Of a stretch of DNA of 64,000 nt, positions 10,395-20,521 are shown piece after piece. This stretch comes from Candidatus Jorgensenbacteria bacterium. Its GTDB lineage: Bacteria; Patescibacteriota; Minisyncoccia; UBA6257; GWB1-50-10. Each line of letters starts with the position of its first letter. Within the stretch, counting starts at the first letter, position 1. The DNA lies in contig JAUSHK010000002.1 in the NCBI GenBank assembly GCA_030648515.1, positions 7,799-71,798 of the forward strand, given 5' to 3'. Made by a program: the position numbers and the translations under genes. A model generated the notes under the pieces. The model searched no databases and was not told where the DNA came from. It saw only the letters and a program-made list of their open reading frames with translations.

Positions 10395-10814
10395 TTATTT
10401 CTCCAGAATATATTTGAGCCACCTCTCAAACGATATCCCATCCCAAGCATCGCCATCCGGACAAAACTCGTATGGAAAAACGATTAACCTAGTGATAGCT
10501 TCCTTTATAAGCATTGCCTTTCCCTCCTTACTTGCAATTTTACATTTATCCCAATCGGGAACTTCTTGCCTAACCTCCATTTCGCATAGAGTAAGGGTTC
10601 CCCGGAGAAGCGGGCATGAATTTCCTTTTTGATCCTCAATCAAGATAGGATCGTACTGAAAAAACCCGCGGAAAGGACATCGATAGCGCTTTTTCTCCCG
10701 AAACGGCTTTAATTCCTCATTAAAACTGTGTTTCTTTTTTAAAAATTTCTTAGAGAGAAAATAAGTAAAAATGATAACACTAATAGGAACAGCAACGGTA
10801 GTTACGCCGGCCAT
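10395..10814 (-). CDS. Hypothetical protein, N-terminal TM, Cys-containing
   Basis: SD GAGGAG; own promoter; 139-aa ORF. Confidence 0.7.
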   Translation of the reverse strand: MAGVTTVAVPISVIIFTYFLSKKFLKKKHSFNEELKPFREKKRYRCPFRGFFQYDPILIEDQKGNSCPLLRGTLTLCEMEVRQEVPDWDKCKIASKEGKAMLIKEAITRLIVFPYEFCPDGDAWDGISFERWLKYILEK

Positions 10815-10925
10815 AAGTATCTCCTCTTTTTAGACAGGTTTAGATTTAAGAGCTGATTTTAAATTAGCACGTTTTATAAACACGTCAAACAAAAAACAAG
10901 CGGGTGAAAATTAAAAAATTACCGC

Positions 10926-11303
10926 CTATTTCTTAGGCGGTAATGCGCACCCGCTCGCCTCCGATAATTTCTCAAGTCCCTGCTCCCCTACCAATTTTGT
11001 GCCGTCAGGCAAAATCCATGTCGGGTATCCTTCAATGCCAGCAGAGATGCATTTTTGTGTTTCTTCCGTACATTCAACATACGGAATGTATTTAAATGAA
11101 TCTCCAAATCTCGCCTTCTCGTCCTTGCAATGCGAGCACCAGTACGCGCCGTACATGGTTATTTTTTTATCAGCGATGCACTGCGCGAACGCGTCCAAAT
11201 TTCCATATGGCGAAACTGGACGCGAAAAATACCACATCGCAAAAAACAACGCGCAGATAAAAAGCGCGATTCCAATTATCGCGTATATATTGCCTTTATT
11301 CAT
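10926..11303 (-). CDS. Membrane-anchored thioredoxin-like protein
   Basis: MYGAYWCSHC, YVEC, GYPTW. Confidence 0.85.
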   Translation of the reverse strand: MNKGNIYAIIGIALFICALFFAMWYFSRPVSPYGNLDAFAQCIADKKITMYGAYWCSHCKDEKARFGDSFKYIPYVECTEETQKCISAGIEGYPTWILPDGTKLVGEQGLEKLSEASGCALPPKK

Positions 11304-11820
11304 GACAACAATCGACAAGCTTGTTTACAATATCTTCCATCGTCCACGGCTTTTTTGTGCCGGGGTCGTCTTTGTTTACCTGATCATCGCGGATTTTCTG
11401 TACCCCCGATGCGTCAATGGCTTTTAGCCGAACTGCCCAGAAAAGCGAGTAGAGCCGGTATGCTTTTTTAAACATATCTTCCGCCTCGCTGTTTTTTCCG
11501 TCTCCCAACAGTTTCGTCGCGACTTCCATAAGGCGCATTGACGCGGCAAGCAAGTGTTTCGCGATACACCACGTCTCACCTTCTTTTTCAATAATCATTT
11601 TCCCCAATAAATCTTTCCGCATCTCGCGGATTTCTTTAATCAAGTCAAGGTACTCATTCTTCCCTGTTTTTGAAGCCGTGAAAAAGAAATGTTCTTCCAA
11701 GCTCACGAGGTTCATAATCGCGATGCTCAAATCCTCTTCGCGCGAAAGATCCAGCTTATTGTCTTTTTTGAGCCCTTCGATTTTTTCCACCAGCTTTTTA
11801 AATTGTTCCTCAGTTGCCAT
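11296..11820 (-). CDS. Hypothetical helical protein ending DCCHE
   Basis: 174-aa ORF overlapping the thioredoxin-like start. Confidence 0.75.
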   Translation of the reverse strand: MATEEQFKKLVEKIEGLKKDNKLDLSREEDLSIAIMNLVSLEEHFFFTASKTGKNEYLDLIKEIREMRKDLLGKMIIEKEGETWCIAKHLLAASMRLMEVATKLLGDGKNSEAEDMFKKAYRLYSLFWAVRLKAIDASGVQKIRDDQVNKDDPGTKKPWTMEDIVNKLVDCCHE

Positions 11821-11885
11821 AAGTGAATAGTATACCCTAAATTAAATTAGTTTACTAATTTAATCGGGCGACTAATAGTTTAGCC

Positions 11886-12557
11886 CTAGAGAAAGAAAAT
11901 GACAAAACCTAAGATTATCATTCCTACTGACGCGATAAATCCCGCTCTTTTTAGATTCCCTTTTTTCCACGTATCAAATTTCCGGTAGAGCGTTTCGCTG
12001 CTCGCAATCATAAGCACAACAACAAGCGGCGCAACAAAAACAATGTTGTATAACATAAGCCACGCGAGACCCGACACATACGTTCCGGCATCGTGTAGCA
12101 ATCCGAGTATGAAAAGATACGGCCCGCCGGTGCATGGAAATTCGTAGAGCGCTACGAGCCCGCCAAGTATGAGCGCGGCGGGAACAGAGCCCTTTTCAAT
12201 AAACACCGCGAGTTTTGGATGCGCGCTTTTAGGAATACTGAACTGAATCGGAAACTTCGGGAAAATTCCCTGCAATATATCAAGCACGCCGAACGCGATA
12301 AGAATTACCGCGCCGATTTTTCCGACAAATTTCGGAACGCCGAAGAACGTGAGCGCCTGCAAAACTCCCAGGCCGATAAGTAAATACACAATAAAAATAC
12401 CGAAAATATAAATAAGACCGATTCGGATGATGCTTCCCCGCGCCTTTCCTAAACTAAAAAGAAACGCAATGGTTAAAAGCAAAACAGACAGCGCGCACGG
12501 ATTAATGCTATCCAAAAGCGCCGCTATGGTTACAACAGGAAATGAGAGAGTGGGCAT
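11886..12557 (-). CDS. CcdA/DsbD-type transmembrane electron transporter
   Basis: DSINPCA and EFPCTG paired Pro-Cys motifs, six TM. Confidence 0.85.
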   Translation of the reverse strand: MPTLSFPVVTIAALLDSINPCALSVLLLTIAFLFSLGKARGSIIRIGLIYIFGIFIVYLLIGLGVLQALTFFGVPKFVGKIGAVILIAFGVLDILQGIFPKFPIQFSIPKSAHPKLAVFIEKGSVPAALILGGLVALYEFPCTGGPYLFILGLLHDAGTYVSGLAWLMLYNIVFVAPLVVVLMIASSETLYRKFDTWKKGNLKRAGFIASVGMIILGFVIFFL

Positions 12558-12559
12558 GA

Positions 12560-12886
12560 TTATTTAATGCCGCTTCCTGGCGGGACAACTACATCGGGCG
12601 CGAGTAAAACCGGAGCGCCATTTTCATCACTTGCGGCAAGGAGCATCCCATTGCTTTCTAACCCCATTAGTTTTCTCGGCTCAAGATTCGCAACAACGAT
12701 AATTTGCCTGCCGATTAGTTTTTCCGGCTCGTACGCCTTCCCTATTCCGGCAAGTATTTGTCTTGGATTTTCTTCTCCTAAATCGACGAGCAGCTTCATA
12801 AGCTTATCCGAACCTTCTACCCGCTCCGCTTCTTTTATTACGCCTGTCTTTAGCTCAATTTTTTTAAAATCGTCTATGGAAATCAT
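12560..12886 (-). CDS. tRNA-binding OB-fold protein (MetRS C-terminal/CsaA/Trbp111-like)
   Basis: ISIDDFKKI, RQILAGI, NLEPR..MG.ES.GMLLA. Confidence 0.9.
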   Translation of the reverse strand: MISIDDFKKIELKTGVIKEAERVEGSDKLMKLLVDLGEENPRQILAGIGKAYEPEKLIGRQIIVVANLEPRKLMGLESNGMLLAASDENGAPVLLAPDVVVPPGSGIK

Positions 12887-12971
12887 ATTTTACAATCGTA
12901 ACACATTTTTCATCGGCTTTAAAAACCGCTCTAAAACGGCGGTTTTATATTTAGAATCTAATTCCTGTCGT

Positions 12972-13535
12972 TTATTGCGCAACAAACTTTGTCATTATTG
13001 CACTCCCGCTCGCATCCGTGATCGGCTTATCCGTCGTGTAATTGTATAATTTGTCTCCGTTATCACCGTGAAGCACCGCGTAATATGTTCCGCCGGAAAC
13101 CGTGCCGCGTAAAAGTTCAATCACGCCGGAGCTCGTTCCTGCAGGAAACCATCCGGCGCCTAGCGTGTTTCCAACTACCCCATCGCGTTCTTCGTGAATT
13201 GCAACCCAGCCGGGATTTTCAAATGACACCGATTGTATAACAACGGAATCTCCAGCTGACTGATTATCCACAACTATCGTATTTCCGCCCGATGAGGCAA
13301 CAGCGGAAATTTGATTACTGCCGTCGGTCTTAATGTATGTTGATGTCGCCGTACTTGAAATTTCCGGCACCTCGCCTGCCATCTCATCGCTGCGTCCAAA
13401 AACGTACCACGAAATTCCGAGCCCAACCACAAAAGCGACAATCGCAATCAAAACAATCGTCGGCCAGCTTGTCTTCTTCCGTACGGGCGGTGTTGGTGGC
13501 ATTACAAACTGCACGTTTTCATGTTCTCCTTCCAT
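12972..13535 (-). CDS. Hypothetical membrane-anchored protein
   Basis: Single TM; GWVAIHE and YYAVLHGDNGD beta domain. Confidence 0.7.
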   Translation of the reverse strand: MEGEHENVQFVMPPTPPVRKKTSWPTIVLIAIVAFVVGLGISWYVFGRSDEMAGEVPEISSTATSTYIKTDGSNQISAVASSGGNTIVVDNQSAGDSVVIQSVSFENPGWVAIHEERDGVVGNTLGAGWFPAGTSSGVIELLRGTVSGGTYYAVLHGDNGDKLYNYTTDKPITDASGSAIMTKFVAQ

Positions 13536-13556
13536 AGTTAACAATTATACCATCTT

Positions 13557-14312
13557 CTATTTAGACTCAAAATCCAGCGCCGTGCGCCGGTACGCGCAAT
13601 AATCGCAACTTTGGCTTGCCGCAGGGATAGAATCGCCGTTAAGACATTTTTTTATATCGCCGAGAATGCCCGGAATCCAACTATCATCGCCCTCATAGGG
13701 AATTAAATTCACGTCAAATTCAAGTTTTCCATCAAATGCTTCCCTATCGCGTTTTGCGTTTACATACACAAAATATGCGGTTGGAGAAACCCTGAATCCA
13801 TTTTGCCTAAAAAGCCACTGATATACCTCAACCTGCCGCTTATACGCGTTCTGCCAATCGGCATCAATAGTAACTTCCGTATCCTTGCTCGTCGCCTTAT
13901 AGTCAACAACGATGAGTTTGCCGTCCTTATCAACCCACACATCGTCAATTCCTCCGCGAACCAAAAAATTCGTCGGCTTGTAGAGATATTTCACTCCATG
14001 GCGAAGCGCGTCGCGCCATAACTCAAGCTCCTCGTGCTGAAACGGAACAGCGTCAACGCCGTATTGTTTAAGCAATGGATGAACTGATTTGTGGCTTCTA
14101 TGAATATCAAATTCTTTCTTAAGAAGAAGGTCTACGGCGTTATTTAAAGTAAACGGAAACGAGTCCGGCCGCTTTATTCCCAGGCGCTGATCAAGATAAA
14201 AACATCTTTGGCAGCTCGTGAATAAATCAATTTTTGATCTGCTTATTACAAATGGCTCGCTGGATGAAGAGTCATAAAGCCCCCGAGTTCGTCTTGTGTA
14301 ATTTCCAAACAT
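13557..14312 (-). CDS. PD-(D/E)XK nuclease (Cas4/AddB-like, stand-alone)
   Basis: GGIDD..IVVDYK, Q..VY, CxRC and CxxC. Confidence 0.85.
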   Translation of the reverse strand: MFGNYTRRTRGLYDSSSSEPFVISRSKIDLFTSCQRCFYLDQRLGIKRPDSFPFTLNNAVDLLLKKEFDIHRSHKSVHPLLKQYGVDAVPFQHEELELWRDALRHGVKYLYKPTNFLVRGGIDDVWVDKDGKLIVVDYKATSKDTEVTIDADWQNAYKRQVEVYQWLFRQNGFRVSPTAYFVYVNAKRDREAFDGKLEFDVNLIPYEGDDSWIPGILGDIKKCLNGDSIPAASQSCDYCAYRRTALDFESK

Positions 14313-14355
14313 GAAAAATAGTAATTAATAAAAACAACGACTGATACAGTATACC

Positions 14356-14997
14356 TTACGGCTTTAATAACCGCGATAGCGGGCACTGCGCGTGATTATG
14401 CGGCCGAGCAGGACAAAATTTTCTTCCATATTCAATAAAGCGATATGAAATCCCCCGCCATTCTTTTTCGAGAATAAGTTCCATGAGGTCGCTCTCTATC
14501 TTTTTGGGGTCGGTATGCGAAGAGAGCCCGAGCACGCGCGCGAGGCGCCCGACATGCGTGTCAACCGGAATACCGACAACAATTCCGTGCACGCTCTCAA
14601 GAACAATGTTTGCCGTTTTCCTCCCGACGCCCGGAATTTCAAGCATCTCATCCATTGTTTTTGGAATTTTCCCGCCGAATTTTTCTTTCACGAGTTTCGC
14701 CGCGCGCAAAATATTGCGCGTCTTCGCGCGGTAAAATCCGGTCTGCTTAATATCTTCTTCAAATTCCACCTGTCGCGCGCGAACATAATCCTCCAGTTTC
14801 CGATACTTTTTAAAAAGTTTCGCAGTTACCTCGTTTACTTTTTTATCCGTGCACCGCGCGGAAAGAACTACCGCGACTAAAAGTTCCCACGAGGTTCCGT
14901 AATTCAAAAACACACGCGCCTTCGGAAAAAGGCGCTTTAAAGCCGCAACAATTTTTTTAGCCCTGTTTTTCCGCGCAACAAGCGAGAGCAAAACCAT
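14356..14997 (-). CDS. nth: Endonuclease III
   Basis: HhH PGVGRKTA, VDTHV; degenerate Fe-S motif. Confidence 0.93.
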   Translation of the reverse strand: MVLLSLVARKNRAKKIVAALKRLFPKARVFLNYGTSWELLVAVVLSARCTDKKVNEVTAKLFKKYRKLEDYVRARQVEFEEDIKQTGFYRAKTRNILRAAKLVKEKFGGKIPKTMDEMLEIPGVGRKTANIVLESVHGIVVGIPVDTHVGRLARVLGLSSHTDPKKIESDLMELILEKEWRGISYRFIEYGRKFCPARPHNHAQCPLSRLLKP

Positions 14998-14998
14998 A

Positions 14999-15103
14999 CT
15001 AATGGACGAGAGTCACTACGGCGATGGCTTGCTGCATGGTATAAAGCACGTAAATAAGCCCGAGCCCTAACGCGACAAAAAATAGAAATTCAATGTGTCC
15101 CAT
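14999..15103 (-). CDS. 34-aa small membrane protein (not in ORF track)
   Basis: MGHIEFLFFVALGLGLIYVLYTMQQAIAVVTLVH fills the gap between permease and nth exactly. Confidence 0.5.
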   Translation of the reverse strand: MGHIEFLFFVALGLGLIYVLYTMQQAIAVVTLVH

Positions 15104-15115
15104 ATTTTTATTTTA

Positions 15116-16345
15116 TTACTCGTACCGCAGCGCCTCAATCGGACTTTTCTTTGACGCTTGACGCGCGGGATAAAGCCCGAAAACTACGCCGGTCAGCGTT
15201 GAAACTCCGACGGCAAGGAGAATGGCGGAAATCGGAAGCGAAAACACCCAGCCAACAGAAAGAAACAGCGGCATGATGAAATATAATAGCGCGACAAAAA
15301 ATGCCCCAATCGCTATGCCCGCAACTCCGCCGACAAATGTAAGCAGTATCGCCTCCCATAAAAATTGCTGGAGAATATCGCTACTTGTCGCGCCAAGCGC
15401 CTTCCGAAGCCCTATCTCGCGTGTCCGCTCAATAACCGAAACAAGCATGATGTTCATGATGCCGATGCCACCGACAACGAGTGATATTGCCGCGATTGCT
15501 GAAAGAAAAATGGTTAAGACGGAAGTAATGTTTCCTAAAAGTTTGAGCGCTTCTTCCTGCGACCGAACTTCAAAATCATCTTTGCTGGGATTGGTTATGC
15601 GATGATTTGCGCGAAGCACCGACGTGATGCGCCCTTTTGTAAATGAAACATCGTACGTGTCGGCGGCTTGTATCGCAAGCTCCTGGTAGTAATCAATTCC
15701 AAGAAGCTGCTTCTGGCCTACGGTGAGCGGGAGAATCGCAACTTGGTCCATACTGAAAATGCCCGCGCCTTTTGATTTCAAAACGCCCACGACACGGAAA
15801 TTCATGTCTTTGAGCCGCACATATTTACCAACCGGATTGCGGTCTTCAAAAAGATCGCTCGCAAGCTTTGAGCCGAGAATAACGACGTGGTTATATGACT
15901 TTACGTCCGATTCGGAAAACGGGTAGCCGTTCGCAAACTCAAGATTAATAATGTTAAAAATGTCCGCGGAAGATGCCTGCCACACCACTGACGTATCGTG
16001 ATTTTCAAAAATTATCCGCGCCTGTCCGCGCACCATCGGCGCGACAGAAAGAACAGATGGTTCGTTTCGCAGCGCTTCAACGTCGCGATCCGTAAGTGTT
16101 TTAATTATTATGCCCTGCACTGATGCCGGCGTGCCGTTTATAGGAGCACCGGGCTGAACTGAGATAAGATTAGAACCGAAACTTTCCACTTGTCCAACGA
16201 TGTATTTTTGTGCCGAAGACCCGATAGACATAATGAGAATTACCGACGCGATTCCAATGACGATTCCCAGCATAGTGAGGAACGACCGCACTTTTGCATG
16301 CCTCAAGCCAGCAACCGCCGTACGCATTGAATCTCGAAACCTCAT
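15116..16345 (-). CDS. MacB-like ABC permease
   Basis: RSFLTMLGIVIG, GGIGIMNIMLVSV.ERTREIG, PIEALRYE. Confidence 0.93.
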   Translation of the reverse strand: MRFRDSMRTAVAGLRHAKVRSFLTMLGIVIGIASVILIMSIGSSAQKYIVGQVESFGSNLISVQPGAPINGTPASVQGIIIKTLTDRDVEALRNEPSVLSVAPMVRGQARIIFENHDTSVVWQASSADIFNIINLEFANGYPFSESDVKSYNHVVILGSKLASDLFEDRNPVGKYVRLKDMNFRVVGVLKSKGAGIFSMDQVAILPLTVGQKQLLGIDYYQELAIQAADTYDVSFTKGRITSVLRANHRITNPSKDDFEVRSQEEALKLLGNITSVLTIFLSAIAAISLVVGGIGIMNIMLVSVIERTREIGLRKALGATSSDILQQFLWEAILLTFVGGVAGIAIGAFFVALLYFIMPLFLSVGWVFSLPISAILLAVGVSTLTGVVFGLYPARQASKKSPIEALRYE

Positions 16346-17055
16346 TTGAAAAAGTCTTCTTTTGTCCGGCGTTTTCGCTCTACGCGGATATCAGAATCAA
16401 TTTCGCCGTCCAGCAATTTAATGATGCGGTCCGCGAATTCCGCGGTGTATGTTTCGTGCGTAACAAGAATGATGGTGTGTCCGGATTGGTTCAGTTGTTC
16501 AAGAATTTCCATTACCTGCGCGCCGGAATGCGAATCCAAATTGCCAGTTGGCTCATCGGCAAAAATAACATTCGGATTATTCACGAGCGCGCGGGCAATC
16601 GCCACACGCTGTTTCTGCCCGCCTGAAAGTTTTCCGGCTTCTACGTACAATTTTTCCGGAAGCCCGACAGCGAAGACCGCGCGCTCAACCATTTCCTTCC
16701 GTTTTCCGCGCAGAATACTGTGGTTATAAAGAAGCGGCATTTCAACGTTTTCATACACAGTTGAGCGCGAGAGAAGATTAAACGACTGGAATACAAAACC
16801 CATTTCGCTGTTGCGTATGTGTGCAAGATCGGCATCAGAAAAATCATTGATATCTTCTCCGGAAAACGCGTATGAGCCGCCAGATTGGCGGTCCATAAAA
16901 CTTAGAATATGAAGCAGGGTTGATTTTCCCGACCCTGACGGACCCATGATGGCGACAAACTCTCCTTCCTTAATTTCGAACGTTATGTTCCGTAAGGCCT
17001 GCGTTTCTACTCCGTCATCATAGTATGTTTTTTCAAGATTGAATGCGGAAATCAT
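16342..17055 (-). CDS. ABC ATP-binding protein (MacB/LolD-like)
   Basis: GPSGSGKS, LSGGQKQR, ADEPTGNLD. Confidence 0.95.
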   Translation of the reverse strand: MISAFNLEKTYYDDGVETQALRNITFEIKEGEFVAIMGPSGSGKSTLLHILSFMDRQSGGSYAFSGEDINDFSDADLAHIRNSEMGFVFQSFNLLSRSTVYENVEMPLLYNHSILRGKRKEMVERAVFAVGLPEKLYVEAGKLSGGQKQRVAIARALVNNPNVIFADEPTGNLDSHSGAQVMEILEQLNQSGHTIILVTHETYTAEFADRIIKLLDGEIDSDIRVERKRRTKEDFFK

Positions 17056-17145
17056 GCCTGGTAGTACAACTTAAAATTACGCGATTTTATATATACCATA
17101 CACATAGATTAGAATTGCAATAACGTTGTACTACCGGGCATGTGT

Positions 17146-18735
17146 CTATCGCGGCTTAAACCCGACGTTTTCTACGCGATCCCCCTCTCGGAGGCCAGAG
17201 ATAACTTCTACATTCCCGTCTTTGCTGCGAATACCAATTGTTATCGGCACCTCCGTCACGGCGGTTCCACTCACTTTGCGCGCAAATATTCCGTTATCAT
17301 TTTCAACTATTGCGAATTGCGGCACTATAACTACTCCCGTTTTTTTCATGGTCTCAATACTGAGATTTGCCGTAAGTCCTGTTTTGAAGCGTTCATCCGG
17401 CGCGAGGAATACCATAGTTACTTTGAAGTTTACGACTCCGTCAATAATTGTTTCTCCTGGATCGATGTACGAAACTTTTCCGTTAAACGTCTCGCCTGGA
17501 AACGCGTCAAGCGTGATTGAAACCGGATTGCTAATTGCAACGCGTCCGATATCAACCTCGGGGACGTTTGCCTCAATCTCAAGATTGTTTTGGGAAATAA
17601 TCGACACGAGAGCAGTTTGCGCGGCCACAATTTCTCCCGGTTTCGCGTCCTCTTTTGTAACAAGGCCCGCGATCGGAGAATGTAGTGTCATTTTTGCAAT
17701 CTGCGCATCAATGGACTGCTTGTTCGCTTCCGCCTGCTTCACTATCGCGGCCTGTTCGGCAATCTGCTCGGGAGTCGAGCCCGCCTTGTCAAGCGCGAGG
17801 TCTCGTTCGGCTTTTGTCACTGTGATTTTTTGGCCAGAAATGAGTTGGGTCTGACTTAGAATGCTTGAGAGCGCGGAGTTTACGTTCGTGCGACCGACTC
17901 CTATGTTTGCTTTGTAGGTGGTCACATCCGCCGAAGATAAGCCCGACGCGTTACTCACGGCATCAAGGGCGACCGCAAGAAAATTATTGATAATTGAAAG
18001 ATGTGTCTGTGCCTTGATAAGCAAATTTTCAAGCATAACGCGGTCCGCATCCGGCGTAGCAACCCCAAGCTCGGTTTTCCATGTATTAATCTCCTGTCCG
18101 GACATGATACGTCCGGAGATAAAATCAACCTGCACTTGCGAATTTGTAACAGTAAATGTCGGCTGAGGATTTGCAGTATCGTCGTTTATAAAGAGGCCAT
18201 CTGTCTTTGAGCGTACCGCATCGCTCGCCTTAGCATACGCATCATTCAAAACCGAAGGGATATTTGTATAATAGCTCGCAAGATCCTCGCGCGCCTTTGC
18301 TAAATCCGTCTCTTTAATCTGCAGCTCCTCAATGCGCGTTCCACGCTTTATTTCATTAAGCCTTGCCTGCGCGCTCTCCACGCCTGCCTCGGCTTGCATA
18401 AGTTGAGCTGAAATTTCTGAAGTGTCCAGTTGTACAAGCGGCTGGCCCGGGAGAACTTTGTCTCCAATATTTGCAAAAACCTGGGAAATTTTCCCGCCGT
18501 TTTCAAATGCCAGACTGATATCGTACACTGGTTTGATTCTGCCCGTTACGACAACTTCCTGCACAACGTCGCCGCGCCCGACAAGCACTGTTTGTAAAAT
18601 ATTTTTCCCGCTTTTCCCGCTCGCGATATAAAAAATCATAGCCCCGATTGCAACAAGAAGAAAACATACGAGAAAAATTTTTCCCGCTGTCCAGTGCTTC
18701 GCTTCTCTGTGATGTATGGCGTGCAGAGTATGCAT
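17146..18735 (-). CDS. Efflux membrane-fusion (MacA/HlyD-like) adaptor
   Basis: N-terminal TM, lipoyl half-motifs, long coiled coil, SPIAG.V, GLREGD. Confidence 0.88.
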   Translation of the reverse strand: MHTLHAIHHREAKHWTAGKIFLVCFLLVAIGAMIFYIASGKSGKNILQTVLVGRGDVVQEVVVTGRIKPVYDISLAFENGGKISQVFANIGDKVLPGQPLVQLDTSEISAQLMQAEAGVESAQARLNEIKRGTRIEELQIKETDLAKAREDLASYYTNIPSVLNDAYAKASDAVRSKTDGLFINDDTANPQPTFTVTNSQVQVDFISGRIMSGQEINTWKTELGVATPDADRVMLENLLIKAQTHLSIINNFLAVALDAVSNASGLSSADVTTYKANIGVGRTNVNSALSSILSQTQLISGQKITVTKAERDLALDKAGSTPEQIAEQAAIVKQAEANKQSIDAQIAKMTLHSPIAGLVTKEDAKPGEIVAAQTALVSIISQNNLEIEANVPEVDIGRVAISNPVSITLDAFPGETFNGKVSYIDPGETIIDGVVNFKVTMVFLAPDERFKTGLTANLSIETMKKTGVVIVPQFAIVENDNGIFARKVSGTAVTEVPITIGIRSKDGNVEVISGLREGDRVENVGFKPR

Positions 18736-18756
18736 GGTGCTTCTATGTGCGCTGAT

Positions 18757-19104
18757 TTATTTTTCCCGCAGCGTGCGGCGTACTACTTTTGACTCAGACT
18801 TGTTTTTATATTTTATAATATCGTTTTTTAGCGTATCCTTTATTTTATCAATTGCTGAGTAAAGATCGGTGTTATTATTCTCAACCCGCAAAACCTCGCC
18901 AGGCAGTTTGAGGTTTGCTTCGGCATAAAACACGTTTCCGTGGCGGTGGTGTTTTGTCGTGTGGCTGATTTCAACATGAATAGTCGCCTCCCCTGAAGTT
19001 TCGTAATGCCGAAGTATGCGCTCAAGCATCATAAACTTTTCCTCCACATACGTGCGGATTGCGGGAGTGAGTTCCATTCCTGTCGCGAGAATATTTAACC
19101 TCAT
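18757..19104 (-). CDS. hpf: Ribosome hibernation factor (RaiA/HPF)
   Basis: LTPAIR.YVEEK, HHRHG, DLYSAID. Confidence 0.88.
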   Translation of the reverse strand: MRLNILATGMELTPAIRTYVEEKFMMLERILRHYETSGEATIHVEISHTTKHHRHGNVFYAEANLKLPGEVLRVENNNTDLYSAIDKIKDTLKNDIIKYKNKSESKVVRRTLREK

Positions 19105-19204
19105 GCAGTGCCTTTATTGTACCACACCTTACTGACACTGAATTTTGTCGCGTATTCCATTTAAGAACGTGGCGTGGCATAGTACTAAGCGAACACAGAA
19201 ATCT

Positions 19205-19975
19205 ATGACTACTGCGACACTTCCCGCGTTTCTGAGTGTAATTATTGTAAGCCTCCTGTCGCTTATTGGAGTATTTACGCTTTCATTAAGCAACGCGGCG
19301 CTTCGAAAAGTAATCTTTTTCGGCGTGAGCCTCTCCGTCGGCGCGCTTTTCGGCGACACATTTATTCACCTCATTCCTGGAGCATTTGAGAAAATCAAAA
19401 ACACCGAACTCATTTCGGTGCTTATACTTTTTGGAATCATTCTTTTCTTCGTGCTTGAAAAGTTCCTCGCGTGGCGGCACACGCATGCGGAAGAACATCA
19501 AATTATTACGACTCCGCCCACGCACGGAGTTAGCCCGCTCGGGCCAATGGTACTCGCCTCGGACGCCGTGCATAATTTTATTGACGGCATCGCAATCGGC
19601 GCAAGTTATGTCGCGGGTTTTGAAATCGGGATTGCGACGACAATTGCGATTATTCTTCACGAAATTCCGCACGAAATCGGCAATTTCAGTATTTTGCTTC
19701 ACGCCGGGTTCGGAAAAACGCGTGCGCTCTTTTTGAACTTTCTCTCGGCACTCGCGGCAATCTTGGGAACCGCGCTCGCGCTTGCCGCGGGAAACTCGTT
19801 TGAAAATCTTACCTCAATCGTTATGGCGATAACCGCCGGAAGCTTTATCTACATCGCCGGTTCGGACCTTGTCCCCGAACTTCATAAAACTCCGGAGCCG
19901 GGAAAATCCGCGCTTCAGCTTATTTCAATCATCGTAGGAATTCTCCTGATGCTCGCAATCCAGCTTGTTGAATAG
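19205..19975 (+). CDS. ZIP-family metal transporter
   Basis: HNFIDG, HEIPHE, GSFIYIA..DLVPEL. Confidence 0.92.
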   Translation: MTTATLPAFLSVIIVSLLSLIGVFTLSLSNAALRKVIFFGVSLSVGALFGDTFIHLIPGAFEKIKNTELISVLILFGIILFFVLEKFLAWRHTHAEEHQIITTPPTHGVSPLGPMVLASDAVHNFIDGIAIGASYVAGFEIGIATTIAIILHEIPHEIGNFSILLHAGFGKTRALFLNFLSALAAILGTALALAAGNSFENLTSIVMAITAGSFIYIAGSDLVPELHKTPEPGKSALQLISIIVGILLMLAIQLVE

Positions 19976-19981
19976 AAAACA

Positions 19982-20010
19982 AATCCCGCCTGTCCATGGA
20001 CAGGCGGGAT
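19982..20010. terminator. Bidirectional terminator hairpin
   Basis: aatcccgcctgtcc-at-ggacaggcgggatt between convergent genes. Confidence 0.7.
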
Positions 20011-20025
20011 TGTTATTATCGTGAT

Positions 20026-20346
20026 TTAGAATCTGCCACCTCCGAATCCCCCTCTTCCGCCGCCAAAGCCACCGCCACCTTGACGAGGAGCACGAGGTTC
20101 GAATGGGCGAGCTTCGTTCACTGTAAGAGCGCGTCCGTCAATTTCTTTTCCGTTGAATGTCTCGATAGCTTTATCTGCTTCGCTATCGTTTGCCATTTCA
20201 ACAAAACCAAAACCGCGGGAACGTCCTGACATTTTATCAGTAACAACCGTCGCTGATGTGACGGCTCCTGCTTTCTCAAATGTTGAGCGAAGTGTCGCGT
20301 CATTCATTGAGTAAGGGAGGTTACCGATGTACAATCTCTTTGCCAT
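20026..20346 (-). CDS. RRM RNA-binding protein with Gly-rich tail
   Basis: RNP2 LYIGNL, RNP1 RGFGFVEM, VNEAR. Confidence 0.95.
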   Translation of the reverse strand: MAKRLYIGNLPYSMNDATLRSTFEKAGAVTSATVVTDKMSGRSRGFGFVEMANDSEADKAIETFNGKEIDGRALTVNEARPFEPRAPRQGGGGFGGGRGGFGGGRF

Positions 20347-20521
20347 TTTTCCTTAATTGCTTGCGTAGGGCGACCTCTCATCTGGTCCGGCAGATGAATC
20401 TGCGACCTCCTTCGCCACTTACGGGCAACAGAGGCAAAACCAACTGAAACACCTACTTGACACGCATTATACACTATCCTCCTAAAAAAGCAAGCTCTCA
20501 CTATATTTCAGTTTCAAACGA

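Noticed and set aside
13557-14312. Cas4-like nuclease as a sign of CRISPR-Cas
   Set aside because: No repeat-spacer array or other cas genes in the window; stand-alone PD-(D/E)XK nucleases are common
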